Assembly (NCBI GenBank): GCA_965218435.1
Contig: CBDCKW010000005.1
Location: 512,001-576,000 of the forward strand
Length of the DNA: 64,000 bases
Source of the DNA: Truepera sp.
GTDB taxonomy: Bacteria > Deinococcota > Deinococci > Deinococcales > Trueperaceae
Direction of reading: 5' to 3'
The position numbers and the translations under genes are program-made. Positions 10,606 to 19,328 of this stretch are shown here, piece after piece; position 1 is the stretch's first letter; every line of letters starts with the position of its first letter. The notes beneath the pieces are model-generated. The model saw nothing but the letters and a program-made list of their open reading frames with translations. It was not told the origin of the DNA and ran no database searches.

Positions 10606-11043
10606 ATGAATTTCGAGCAAGCCGACGCTGTCAACAAAGCCATCCGACTGCTGAGCCTACGGCACCGGGCCAGGGCTGCAGAGTTGTTGACTCCCCTCGG
10701 ACTGCACCCCGGCCAGGAGATGCTCCTACTAGAGCTCGACCGGACCGGCCCGAGAATCCAAGCACAGCTCAGCGAGGCGCTCGGCTGCGAACCGCCTAGT
10801 GTCACGCTTATGGTTCGCAAGCTCGAGGCCTCCGGCCATATTCGCCGCAAACCCTCCCCTTTTGACAGGCGTGCCAGCATCGTCGAACTCACCGAATACG
10901 GCAAATCTCTGGCCGACCGGGTCAAGCAGCTGTGGTGCGCTCTAGCAGAGGAGACTGTGACCGGCTTGCCCGTCGAAACGGTGGCAGAACTACCCGGCAT
11001 CCTTAAGACACTGACCGGCAACGTTGATAACAGACGCCCCTAG
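10606..11043 (+). CDS. MarR family regulator
   Basis: wHTH with DRRASIVELTEYG. Confidence 0.9.
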   Translation: MNFEQADAVNKAIRLLSLRHRARAAELLTPLGLHPGQEMLLLELDRTGPRIQAQLSEALGCEPPSVTLMVRKLEASGHIRRKPSPFDRRASIVELTEYGKSLADRVKQLWCALAEETVTGLPVETVAELPGILKTLTGNVDNRRP

Positions 11044-11087
11044 TACAGCGACCAGGTAGCAATCTAAGATAAGGGCTGCTATTTTTC

Positions 11088-11494
11088 TTTGATGGCGAAG
11101 GGGCACGTCTCTACGGGGGACGCTGGAACTCGCCGGCGCGCGCGGTGGTGATTTGGCGGGCAGTCTGGCGCTTGCCGTACTCGAGACACTGGTACATGTC
11201 AAAAGCCAAAGGGAACTCGAGGGGTACGTCAAGATTCGCGTCAAAGCGTCTGAAGGTCTAGCGAGCGAAGTTGAGACCCTGCCTAAAAATTGGCAGCAAG
11301 GGAGAGCGCCGGAGGAGACGTGGGCAGTTGGGGACGGGTGGCTCACGGCTAGGAAGACGCCGCTCTTGCGGGTACCCTCCGTTATCATTCCCGAAGAGTC
11401 CAACTACCTCTTAAACCCACAGCATCCCGACTTTAGCAAGCTGACTATAGGCGAAGCCAAACCCTTCTCGTTCGATCCAGGGCTTGGGCTTTGA
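11088..11494 (+). pseudogene. RES-domain protein, 5'-truncated and frameshifted
   Basis: DGEGARLYGGRWNS in one frame; SLALAVLE...VPSVIIPEESNYLLNP in another. Confidence 0.8.
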
Positions 11495-11566
11495 CAATTA
11501 ATAGAACAGGAATTGGACATAGGCTCTCATGAAGAGACCGATTCGAACGTTCAACACAAAGGTTTT

Positions 11567-12139
11567 CTAAAGATTTCGTAGCTCAGTCTGGTATCGCGCC
11601 ACAATGCGCCCAACCGTCGCGGGATGCACGTTAAAGAGTCGTGCTACTTGCGCCGCTGGTCTGCCATCTTGCAAGACCATCACTGCAATCTCTTTCTTCT
11701 GCTGTATCTTGAGCTTCTTTCGCCTACCCCCGGTACGCCCGTTCGCTTTAGCCTCATTGAGTCCTGCCAAGGTGCGCTCGCGGATCAGCGCCCGCTCGAA
11801 GTCGGCGAATACGTCCACCATCTGCATCATCATCCGGCCTGCGGGTGTGGGGGTGTCGATCGCCTCAGTTAAGCTCTTAAAGCCTGCGCCCTCGGCTTCA
11901 ATGCGCTCGAGCAGGGTCAACAAATCCTTAAGACTCCGGCTCAAGCGGTCGAGCTTCCAGACCAAAACGACATCACTGGGACGCAGTTGCCCCAACAATC
12001 GGTGCAGCTCAGGACGATCCCAACGCCCACCTGAAGCGCGCTCGGTAAAAACCGTATCCGCCCCAGCAGCTGTGAGTGCCCGTTCTTACGCTTTGGTATC
12101 TTGCTCGTCGGTCGAGACCCGAGCGTAGCCGAAAACCAT
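11567..12139 (-). pseudogene. Serine recombinase (resolvase/invertase) with early in-frame stop
   Basis: MVFGYARVSTDEQDTKA* then KLDRLSRS, FERALIRERT and a C-terminal HTH. Confidence 0.88.
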
Positions 12140-12149
12140 GTGTGCATCA

Positions 12150-12199
12150 TTGCACAAACCTGTCGCTTTTCATTCCTGTTTTGCAAGAGGTTTGTGCAA
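12150..12199. promoter_or_regulatory. Inverted repeat, possible res subsite
   Basis: TTGCACAAACC ... GGTTTGTGCAA directly upstream of the resolvase. Confidence 0.5.
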
Positions 12200-12293
12200 T
12201 GTACTTAATATGTTCTTTGGTCTCAAATTGTCAATATTTCAAATGTAGCTTTCTCGTGTCTTAGAGGCGTTTCCCTAGACACTAGGAGACCTG

Positions 12294-13250
12294 ATGAAAA
12301 TCAGGAAGAAACGCATCCGCAACCTTGGTTCCAACCTCAGTTTCGTAGAACCAGGCGAAACCATCACCCCTAGTTTTGGTGTTAACGACGCGGTTAGGGC
12401 GAAATTCATCGCACTTGGATTTAGCGATTTGACGCCGGGGGCCACGGTGCTGCCCAAGGTTGTCGGCCCGATTTCGAGGTTCAATGCCGAGGGTAAGGAG
12501 AAAGTGCTTCGGCATCTAGCCAAGGAGACCATGTACCGTCAAGTAGAGTGGCACTGGGTAGAGTTTCATGGCAAAGAGCGGGTCGAAGAACAAGGTATCA
12601 AAGACGTTCCTTACAAGCGTTACCCGCGTGAGTTCATCCCACCCCCGGCAGTTGAGCTAAGCGTTACCACGGATGATGCAGGTCAGCTTTACATCGTTGG
12701 TAGTAAAACGGCCTGTCTACCAGAAAACGAAGATAGCTTACGACACGAGATCAATCTGTTCCTTGAATTGTTCGGGGAGTGCGAGATTCTCAAAGGGAAC
12801 CTCACCGCCTTTGTTCCAAGCAGTCTGAGACGGCTTAACTGGGAGATTCTGCCCAAAGGAAAGCTGCCGTGGGAGAGAATTGCCAAGGCAGCTAAACCCA
12901 CGGTCGAGCGTGCGCGTAAGGGCAGTAGACCCGCGATCTGGGCGCGTCTCGAGACGCTAAACGTGTACCAGCCCGACTTTCACGCGGTAGGACAGGCGGG
13001 CTTTGGCGGCTATATCGTTTTTGGCTTTGAGGAACTAGGTATTTACATTCTCGAAAGCAAAAACTACGGGAACGCAACCTATGTCTTCAAATCGAATTGG
13101 GAAACGCTTTCACAGATGACCAAAGCTGAAATCCTCAATCAAGACCTGCACTATGCCCGTCTCGTTCACCGGACGAGTTGGGCCGAGCAGCTTCGTAAGC
13201 TCCTCCGCGACAACGGCTACGGAAGTGCCGATGAAAAGGTGGCCGCGTAA
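12294..13250 (+). CDS. Hypothetical protein (318 aa)
   Basis: AGGAG RBS; long ORF coupled to the next gene (TAATG overlap). Confidence 0.8.
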   Translation: MKIRKKRIRNLGSNLSFVEPGETITPSFGVNDAVRAKFIALGFSDLTPGATVLPKVVGPISRFNAEGKEKVLRHLAKETMYRQVEWHWVEFHGKERVEEQGIKDVPYKRYPREFIPPPAVELSVTTDDAGQLYIVGSKTACLPENEDSLRHEINLFLELFGECEILKGNLTAFVPSSLRRLNWEILPKGKLPWERIAKAAKPTVERARKGSRPAIWARLETLNVYQPDFHAVGQAGFGGYIVFGFEELGIYILESKNYGNATYVFKSNWETLSQMTKAEILNQDLHYARLVHRTSWAEQLRKLLRDNGYGSADEKVAA

Positions 13251-13498
13251 TGAGCAAGAAAACAGACCGTTCGGTGTACCGTCGCTCAGACGGTACATGG
13301 GTCAACAAGCAACACGGCAATAGCAATGCGTCGAGTGTTCACGACACCCAAAAAGCTGCAACGGAGGCAGCACGCAATATGCTCGTCAACCAGGGCGGCG
13401 GAGAGCTTAATGTACATGGTAGAAACGGGCAGATTCGCTCGAAAGACACCATCGCACCGGGTAACGATCCGTTTCCGCCAAGAGACATCGAACACTAG
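13250..13498 (+). CDS. DUF2188-like small protein
   Basis: W-x-NK, TQKAATEAAR, ELNVHGRNGQIR and DPFPPRD pattern. Confidence 0.8.
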   Translation: MSKKTDRSVYRRSDGTWVNKQHGNSNASSVHDTQKAATEAARNMLVNQGGGELNVHGRNGQIRSKDTIAPGNDPFPPRDIEH

Positions 13499-13512
13499 CT
13501 AACAGAGCAATG

Positions 13513-13551
13513 GGGTAGCCGTCCATTAAATACGACGGCTACCCTCATTTT
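13513..13551. terminator. Hairpin terminator between convergent operons
   Basis: GGGTAGCCGTC...GACGGCTACCC followed by a T-rich tail. Confidence 0.65.
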
Positions 13552-13657
13552 ATGTTAGGTACTAATTGAGACAGTTTAGCTAAAAACATTTGATAGCTTG
13601 ACGCGACTACAAAGTAAAAGCGACTTTGTTGAAAGGATATTGAGACCGATACTTTCA

Positions 13658-14212
13658 TCAGTCTGCTTCAAGTAAAGCTGTCCACCAACCTAGATTCGGC
13701 TCTCTGTGCCCCGGCTTGAAATTTCCACCAATCTGCACATCAAGAAGTACTTCTCGAAGCGCTTCTGCATCAAGTTGAACAGCTTCCGACCACCTCTTAA
13801 GTAAGCCGATGCTTGTCATGACTGAAATGTCTGGCGCTCGCGCTGTAATTTCTCTAATGGCTTTACGGTCATCGGTGACGAATGCCCCGCCTCGCAAGAT
13901 GACAGCCGCGATAGTTTCGGCCTCTCCCTGATCCAAGCTAGCGGCCAAGTCGATCAGCGCCTCTAGCTCTTCGTCCGTGGAAAGCTCAGGTTCGAGATGG
14001 AGGCTACCCGAGGTTAGAGCAGCAGCCAAGTCAACTGAAACGGGTGAGCCTCTCGCCATACCCTTGCGTTCGTAAACGTAAAGCGCCTCTTCATGGGCAA
14101 CCCACGGGGTAACCAAGAACTCGAATTCCAGAACCTCCGCTATTTCCCCGAGTCTCTTCGTGGCGTACAGATTGAGCAGCGCACAGGAGTCTAGATACCA
14201 CCGCTGACGCAC
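13658..14212 (-). CDS. PIN-domain-like protein
   Basis: YLDSCALLN, LDQGEAETIA and FVTDDRKA; GTG start overlaps the upstream stop. Confidence 0.75.
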   Translation of the reverse strand: MRQRWYLDSCALLNLYATKRLGEIAEVLEFEFLVTPWVAHEEALYVYERKGMARGSPVSVDLAAALTSGSLHLEPELSTDEELEALIDLAASLDQGEAETIAAVILRGGAFVTDDRKAIREITARAPDISVMTSIGLLKRWSEAVQLDAEALREVLLDVQIGGNFKPGHREPNLGWWTALLEAD

Positions 14213-15441
14213 TAACGATTCCTGACCGTGATCGCTTCCTCGACGGGCAATGGTGTCCAACCTTGATGTCCCTCTTCGTCGAGCGTAAATTGATGGCGAA
14301 ACTCTTCAACGACGTCTCTAGCTAGCAATCGGTTGACACCGAGAAACTGTGCGAGTTGACCTTCGGTGATCTCCTCTTTAAGAAACGCCAAGACTGCAAG
14401 GAGCCGGTAGCGTTCCGGCAGCATGGGTTCTTCGGATAGAGATTCCGTCGTTACTCCGGCGATCTCTTGAGCTTTTCTAACCTTGAGGCCGTCTGCCTTA
14501 AAGCCGTTGACCGTACCGTTCGTAAGTACGCCCATTTCCTCAAGCCTGTAGCCGTAAGCTTCAAACGAAACGCCGTAGTACCGGGCAAAGCGTAAAAGGT
14601 CTCCGAGCGTGAAGTCACCGGCAGTTTGAATATGGGAACGGAGTTGGCGGCGTACCCCACTCTCGGGCAGCAAGAACCTCGAGGCAAAAGCATTCGCAAA
14701 CCGTTCAGACTCGGGATAGCGGTCATAGCTTCTCAGAACCTGTATCTCTGGGTTCATGCGGTTCGTAAGAAAATGTCCATACTCATGCGCTAGAGTCATC
14801 CGCTGCCGGTCGGCTGGGTGCTTGCGGTTGATCGCAATACATCCCCCAAGTTCGTCGGTAAAGCCAAACATCCCAGCGATCTGCGAAGGTAGATCGAGGT
14901 AAAAGATTCTGAGACCGACTTCCGTTTCTAGTAGAGACCGAAGCTCCCCAATGGGACTGTCGCCAAGGTTAAGACGAACCCGCTCCTGTTTAGCGATCTC
15001 GTCAGCAGCGATCTCGACGGGCATACCCGAATACGAATACTCCGCTGGGTAACGTTTGGGCATGGCTGAGCCCATCATAGTTTCGAGCGTCAGGTAGTTC
15101 TCTGCATACTTCTGGAGTAAAGCAACGGCCTGTTCGACCTCGCTTTCACCTACAACGTCCAAAAGCCTCTTCTCAAAGCGTGCGCGGAAGGCGACACTAA
15201 GATCCCCGGTTGGAACCGGACGCCGCAAAAGCATATTCAAATCCTGCTCATAAAATCCAGCAAGCTTCGTCAGGTCGCTGGGCGTTAAGCGTCGCTTCCC
15301 CTGCTCAACGGCGACGAGCGAGGTGCGGGCAATCTCTAGAACCCCGGCAGCATCCTCTTGCGTTTTACCTGAAGCTTTTCGGGCACTCTGAAGTCGCTTA
15401 CCTAAGGTGACCCAATCGATACTTTTTAAGTCAAAAGTCAA
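14212..15441 (-). CDS. XRE HTH fused to ImmA/IrrE-type zinc metallopeptidase
   Basis: N-terminal HTH (TQEDAAGVLEIARTSLVAVEQG), RMTLAHEYGH and ERFANAFASRFLLP; TTG start after AGGAG. Confidence 0.9.
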   Translation of the reverse strand: MTFDLKSIDWVTLGKRLQSARKASGKTQEDAAGVLEIARTSLVAVEQGKRRLTPSDLTKLAGFYEQDLNMLLRRPVPTGDLSVAFRARFEKRLLDVVGESEVEQAVALLQKYAENYLTLETMMGSAMPKRYPAEYSYSGMPVEIAADEIAKQERVRLNLGDSPIGELRSLLETEVGLRIFYLDLPSQIAGMFGFTDELGGCIAINRKHPADRQRMTLAHEYGHFLTNRMNPEIQVLRSYDRYPESERFANAFASRFLLPESGVRRQLRSHIQTAGDFTLGDLLRFARYYGVSFEAYGYRLEEMGVLTNGTVNGFKADGLKVRKAQEIAGVTTESLSEEPMLPERYRLLAVLAFLKEEITEGQLAQFLGVNRLLARDVVEEFRHQFTLDEEGHQGWTPLPVEEAITVRNR

Positions 15442-15455
15442 GGCCCGACTCCTCT

Positions 15456-16883
15456 CTATGTAACATGGCTCGGCAGACGCGGCAAGGTCGCCGAAAACCA
15501 CTCCCATTCACAAACGTAGGTTGTAAACAGCTTAACAAGCTCCTCCGTTACCTCCTGGATGGTCAGGTTGGTTGTGGCGGCGATGGCCATCCTCGCGCTC
15601 ATCAGTTCGGGGAACTCACGTAAAAGACTGGCGAACTTGGCTTTCACGTTCTCCTCATCAAGTGCGTAGCGTAACCGCTCAGCCTGGGTCTCCATGCAGT
15701 GTAAAGGCAACAACTTGATACTGTTAGAAGTGCTCGGCACCGTATGATATACGTCCGTTTCATATGTCTTTTGGTCTCTATCTAGGCTTTCCAAGTTGCC
15801 AGCAGCTAGAGATACTCTTCTTAAAAGGCACGACGTACAGACACCGCACTGCTCTTTTGATCTGGGTTTCCGGCGAGGGAAACCGTCGCATGAGATCGTC
15901 TGAACGGCAAGGTCGCCGAAACCTCGCTCCTGCACCTCAATACACATCTGGCCTTTGGTCTTCCACAAAGATGGGTTTTCAATCTTGATGGGCGTCTCGA
16001 ATAAGTTAGAGGCAAGGGCAGCCATCCGCCTTAGCCCTTCAGGATGCATGGCACGGGTGTAGTCCACGCCTAGACCCGAGACCGTCTGAGGCAAGTTGAT
16101 CGCTCCCACGCCATTTTCGTAGACGTTGAGTGTACTCAGACCAAGAACGCGCGCGACCGAGATGCCGAGTGCCAAAAAGAGAAACCCCCGCGAGCGTTGG
16201 GTTCGCTCTTGTTCCAAACGCCCCTTGCTATAGGCATAGGAGATCGCCTGTTGATCGAGGTGATGATGTAGTGGAACATGGATCAGCTTTTTGCCATCTC
16301 GCTTTAATTTTCGGTTCGTCGCCTCTAAAATCTCACGCTGACGAGTGAAAAGATTGCCGCCGGTGTACGAAGCAACCAAAACACCCGTATCGTGCCCAGG
16401 AATATAGATTTGGCTGACAGCTCCGGCAAACGAATCCAGACCGCCGCTAAACAACCCTACAAACGAACAATCCACCGGCTCATCAAAAAGTGGAACTGCT
16501 ACGCTTTCCGACTCAAGGGGAGCGAACTCGAAAGACCAGGTGTCACCTGTAAAAAAGCCGAGTGCCGCTTCTAGACTCTGTTGCAGGTGAGGTTGCGCCC
16601 AGAAACTACATTTTCTTACCTTCACCTTAAGCTTGAACACTCGACCCGTCATGGCAGTAGCCCAGTCATCCGGGTGGCCGGGCGAACGAGGCGTGATACG
16701 GTCCGCTACATATGCGGCCATAGCGACATCGAGCAGATCTTTTTCAGCTTCTGGCAAATGTGTCATTAGCGTGTGTTCGACGGTGGTCGTATCAATACTT
16801 AGGGCTCGAGCGTCAACCTGCACTGCATCCGTAAAAGACTGCTGCCAAAAAGGATGAGCAAAGTCAATCATCGTTTTCCTCAA
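15456..16883 (-). CDS. QueC-like (7-cyano-7-deazaguanine synthase fold, QatC-like) protein
   Basis: PP-loop FSGGLDS, RSRGFLF, YENG, NPSLWKTKG, TISC and CGVCTSCLLRR; N-terminal DLLDVAMAAYVADR extension. Confidence 0.85.
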   Translation of the reverse strand: MRKTMIDFAHPFWQQSFTDAVQVDARALSIDTTTVEHTLMTHLPEAEKDLLDVAMAAYVADRITPRSPGHPDDWATAMTGRVFKLKVKVRKCSFWAQPHLQQSLEAALGFFTGDTWSFEFAPLESESVAVPLFDEPVDCSFVGLFSGGLDSFAGAVSQIYIPGHDTGVLVASYTGGNLFTRQREILEATNRKLKRDGKKLIHVPLHHHLDQQAISYAYSKGRLEQERTQRSRGFLFLALGISVARVLGLSTLNVYENGVGAINLPQTVSGLGVDYTRAMHPEGLRRMAALASNLFETPIKIENPSLWKTKGQMCIEVQERGFGDLAVQTISCDGFPRRKPRSKEQCGVCTSCLLRRVSLAAGNLESLDRDQKTYETDVYHTVPSTSNSIKLLPLHCMETQAERLRYALDEENVKAKFASLLREFPELMSARMAIAATTNLTIQEVTEELVKLFTTYVCEWEWFSATLPRLPSHVT

Positions 16884-17504
16884 GGTCTAGCCCGATAGCA
16901 CTCCTATTGATTCCAAGAGAAACGCTGACCAACTCAGGCTGCGAAGGTTTCTGGTACTTAGGGCGACGGATAGGGGTAATTTTTGGCTTGTCGGAGTTTT
17001 TAGCTAGTTCCTTTGCAGTGGCTTTAAGTTCATCCCGTAACACTTCCTCGCAAGCTCGAAGCTCTTTTTGGGCTTCAGTAATGTCCCTATAAATGTCTGG
17101 CACCCCCCTCACACCCAAAACACCCAAACAATAGACCCGTGGGACTTCGACGCAAAATTCTTCGCATAAGCGTTCTCTAACTTCATCTACTGATTTAGGT
17201 TGCTCTGAGGAAATAAGCATTTCGGCCCAAGCACGCTCTGCTGCATGTAACCTTCACGGGCTAGTTCACTGTTCACTGGGGGTTTCAGCGTCGCCCCCAA
17301 ACGCTCTTCTAAAGGAAGTTGCACAAGTTGCGAGAGCTGCTGCGTCAAAGGTTCCAAAAACTTTGAGCCCGAGGACTTACCCAATTCTTTAGACGTTATA
17401 TGTGCAAGGTACTTCGCTAAGAATTTAGGCCCTTTACGGGCAGCCCTGTATGCCCCGCGCCATCCTTTAGGTAGTGACCTAGATAAGTTATCGCGATCAG
17501 GCAT
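16864..17504 (-). pseudogene. Hypothetical protein upstream of the QueC-like gene, apparently one gene split by a frameshift near 17250
   Basis: GGAGG RBS; ORF 17187-17504 overlaps the open frame LHAAERAWAEMLISS... of ORF 16864-17220. Confidence 0.6.
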
Positions 17505-17608
17505 TCACAAGCCTCCTACTTGAAAATACTGTAAATGTCGAAAAATGTCAATTTTTATAGTTTAATTTACTCTTAATATTTGACATTGACAAGTCCTGAT
17601 CAGCAGTA

Positions 17609-17644
17609 ATTAAAATATGCCGAACTGAACAGTTCGGCATATTT
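17609..17644 (-). terminator. Intrinsic terminator downstream of the tRNA-like gene
   Basis: 15-bp perfect inverted repeat AAATATGCCGAACTG / CAGTTCGGCATATTT with a T-rich tail on the minus strand. Confidence 0.7.
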
Positions 17645-17651
17645 CATATTG

Positions 17652-17771
17652 TGACCCTGGAGAGGTTCGAACTCTCGACCTTCCGTTAGTGGTGCCAAGT
17701 TGAGGTACTGCCCCTCAAAAAGTCTTTGAACTTGACTCATACGGGTGCTCTATCCACTAAGCTACAGAGTC
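17652..17771 (-). ncRNA. tRNA-like gene with a 47-nt structured insertion in the anticodon loop
   Basis: Acceptor GACTCTG/CAGGGTC+A; D arm GCTT-AGTGGATA-GAGC; anticodon stem CCCGT/ACGGA; T arm GAGAG-TTCGAAC-CTCTC. Confidence 0.8.
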
Positions 17772-17828
17772 GTATCTACCTTATGGCTATTTTACAGCTA
17801 ATTCGTGCTGAATGCAGTTCCGTAGACA

Positions 17829-18368
17829 TCAAGAAAAGCTGCTGCCCGGTAGCGTTGATGTGTTTACCCGGTACCGCCCTGTCCGGTTCGCCGCGGGCTC
17901 GAGCCCCTCGAGCTGCCCCAGCGCGACGAGCCGTTGCAACGCCTCTGCTGCATTCCGGTGCGAGATGCCCAGCAGCCCCTCGAGCTGCCTGACCGATACC
18001 TCTACCTCACCGTAAGGCTCGAGATAGAGATAAACGAGCTTCGCTGTCTGATTCTCCGCTAGCAACCGTTCGGGGAGTGCCAGCGCCTGCACCTCGGGCT
18101 GACCACCTGGTGAACCGCTCGAGGCCCCTACTGGTGTCCCTCGGCTGTTACTGAGCCCAAGCCCCCGCAACCTCTTGAGTGAGAGCGAAACCGCCCCCTG
18201 GGAGATACCTAATGCTCTGGCAATCTGCCGTTGAGAATAAGCCACAAGCTGCCCGGGCTCTAGCCAGAGGTAAAGCAGTTTAACGATAACGCTCTCGTTT
18301 TTAAGCTCGGCAAGTATAGGGGTCAGCGTGGCGAGTTCGGGGATACCAACTTCCTTTCTTCTCCCCTG
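17829..18368 (-). CDS. Tandem winged-HTH protein; start uncertain
   Basis: Two related units: KLLYLWLEP...SQRQIARALGISQ and KLVYLYLEP...SVRQLEGLLGISH. The frame is open from 18368. Confidence 0.6.
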   Translation of the reverse strand, partial: QGRRKEVGIPELATLTPILAELKNESVIVKLLYLWLEPGQLVAYSQRQIARALGISQGAVSLSLKRLRGLGLSNSRGTPVGASSGSPGGQPEVQALALPERLLAENQTAKLVYLYLEPYGEVEVSVRQLEGLLGISHRNAAEALQRLVALGQLEGLEPAANRTGRYRVNTSTLPGSSFS

Positions 18369-18404
18369 TCAGCTGTGGTGCGCGCACCACAGCTGACAGG
18401 GGAG
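18361..18404. repeat. Perfect 44-bp palindrome with no spacer
   Basis: CTCCCCTGTCAGCTGTGGTGCG|CGCACCACAGCTGACAGGGGAG. Confidence 0.95.
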
Positions 18405-18463
18405 CTTCAGAGTTTACTACATGGGTAAAGGGTTCGTATTGGCGCTAGAACCGGGGAAAGGGT

Positions 18464-18838
18464 TTAGTATTCACCCATTAGCATGACCACGCGCTCTTGT
18501 CCATTCTGCTGGAGGTAGAGCTTGATCTGCTCGAGCGGAAAGTCCGTCCAGGGGATGCTCTGCTCGTGGTAGCTGGTTTGGGGTTCGCGGCCATCATGAA
18601 TGACGACGGCGGCGCGGCGGTTGTCTTGGACGCTCAGCTCGAGGACAGCAAACTCGTCGGTAACTTTGGGCAGCACGCTCCAGATGATGTCCAGCAGCCA
18701 GTACGCCCCGGCTTCGTCGGCTAGGTATTTCGCGCCGTCGGTCGCCAGCAGGCCGGGGTGCGTTCGGTGGTAGCGTTCGGTGCCGCTGAACTGTGCCAAA
18801 TTCCTGCACAGCTCGTCGGAAGTGGTGGGGCGCTTCAT
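18464..18838 (-). CDS. DUF6876-like protein of mobile elements
   Basis: LAQFSGTERY, TDGAKYLADEAGAYWLLDII, IPWTDFP and a terminal EY. Confidence 0.7.
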   Translation of the reverse strand: MKRPTTSDELCRNLAQFSGTERYHRTHPGLLATDGAKYLADEAGAYWLLDIIWSVLPKVTDEFAVLELSVQDNRRAAVVIHDGREPQTSYHEQSIPWTDFPLEQIKLYLQQNGQERVVMLMGEY

Positions 18839-18978
18839 CGCGCCCCCTCCGGTTCTTGTTGCAGTTCGTCTAGGGTGTCGCTCTCGGCGGCGTTCAGCTC
18901 AGCCATCAGCGCCTCGAGATCAGCTTCGCGGTCGGCCCACACCTCGATGTCCAGGGGAAGAGTAAAAGGGGGCGTCAT
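18835..18978 (-). CDS. Small acidic hypothetical protein (47 aa)
   Basis: MTPPFTLPLDIEVWADREADLEALMAELN...; ATGA-coupled on both sides. Confidence 0.6.
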   Translation of the reverse strand: MTPPFTLPLDIEVWADREADLEALMAELNAAESDTLDELQQEPEGAR

Positions 18979-19328
18979 GCCACCCCCTCCAAGACTCTCT
19001 GCACTTCTAACAGGCGCAGCTTATAGCGTAGGCAGTCCCAGCTCGTGCGGGCTTGCTCGAGGTCTCGTCTCGCTTCGTTCAGTGTCACCTCGAGCCCGAG
19101 TAGCTCGGTGTGCTCGTCAAACAACTTGAGCCGCAGCGCCGCGTCCCTAGCTTCGGCGTTTTTGCGGTCGATGCCCTTTTGCAGTAGCTCGGCACGTTTG
19201 AACTCTAAGGTGCATTTCGCTTCTGCCAGGGCGTTCGCCGCGTCGGTATAGCTGGCCTGGGCGTCACTCAAGCGGTCGCAAGCTCGATCAAACGTCTGGG
19301 GCGCTAGGAAGGTAAGGGGGGCGCTCAT
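18975..19328 (-). CDS. Coiled-coil hypothetical protein
   Basis: ATGA-coupled; heptad-rich. Confidence 0.7.
   Translation of the reverse strand: MSAPLTFLAPQTFDRACDRLSDAQASYTDAANALAEAKCTLEFKRAELLQKGIDRKNAEARDAALRLKLFDEHTELLGLEVTLNEARRDLEQARTSWDCLRYKLRLLEVQRVLEGVA

Noticed and set aside
15456..16883. Housekeeping queC
   Set aside because: It is about twice the usual length and no other queuosine pathway genes were recognised nearby.
17652..17771. Ordinary tRNA with an assignable anticodon, or a group I intron
   Set aside because: The loop is interrupted by only 47 nt, and the rejoined loop ATGACTA is non-canonical, so no isotype was assigned.
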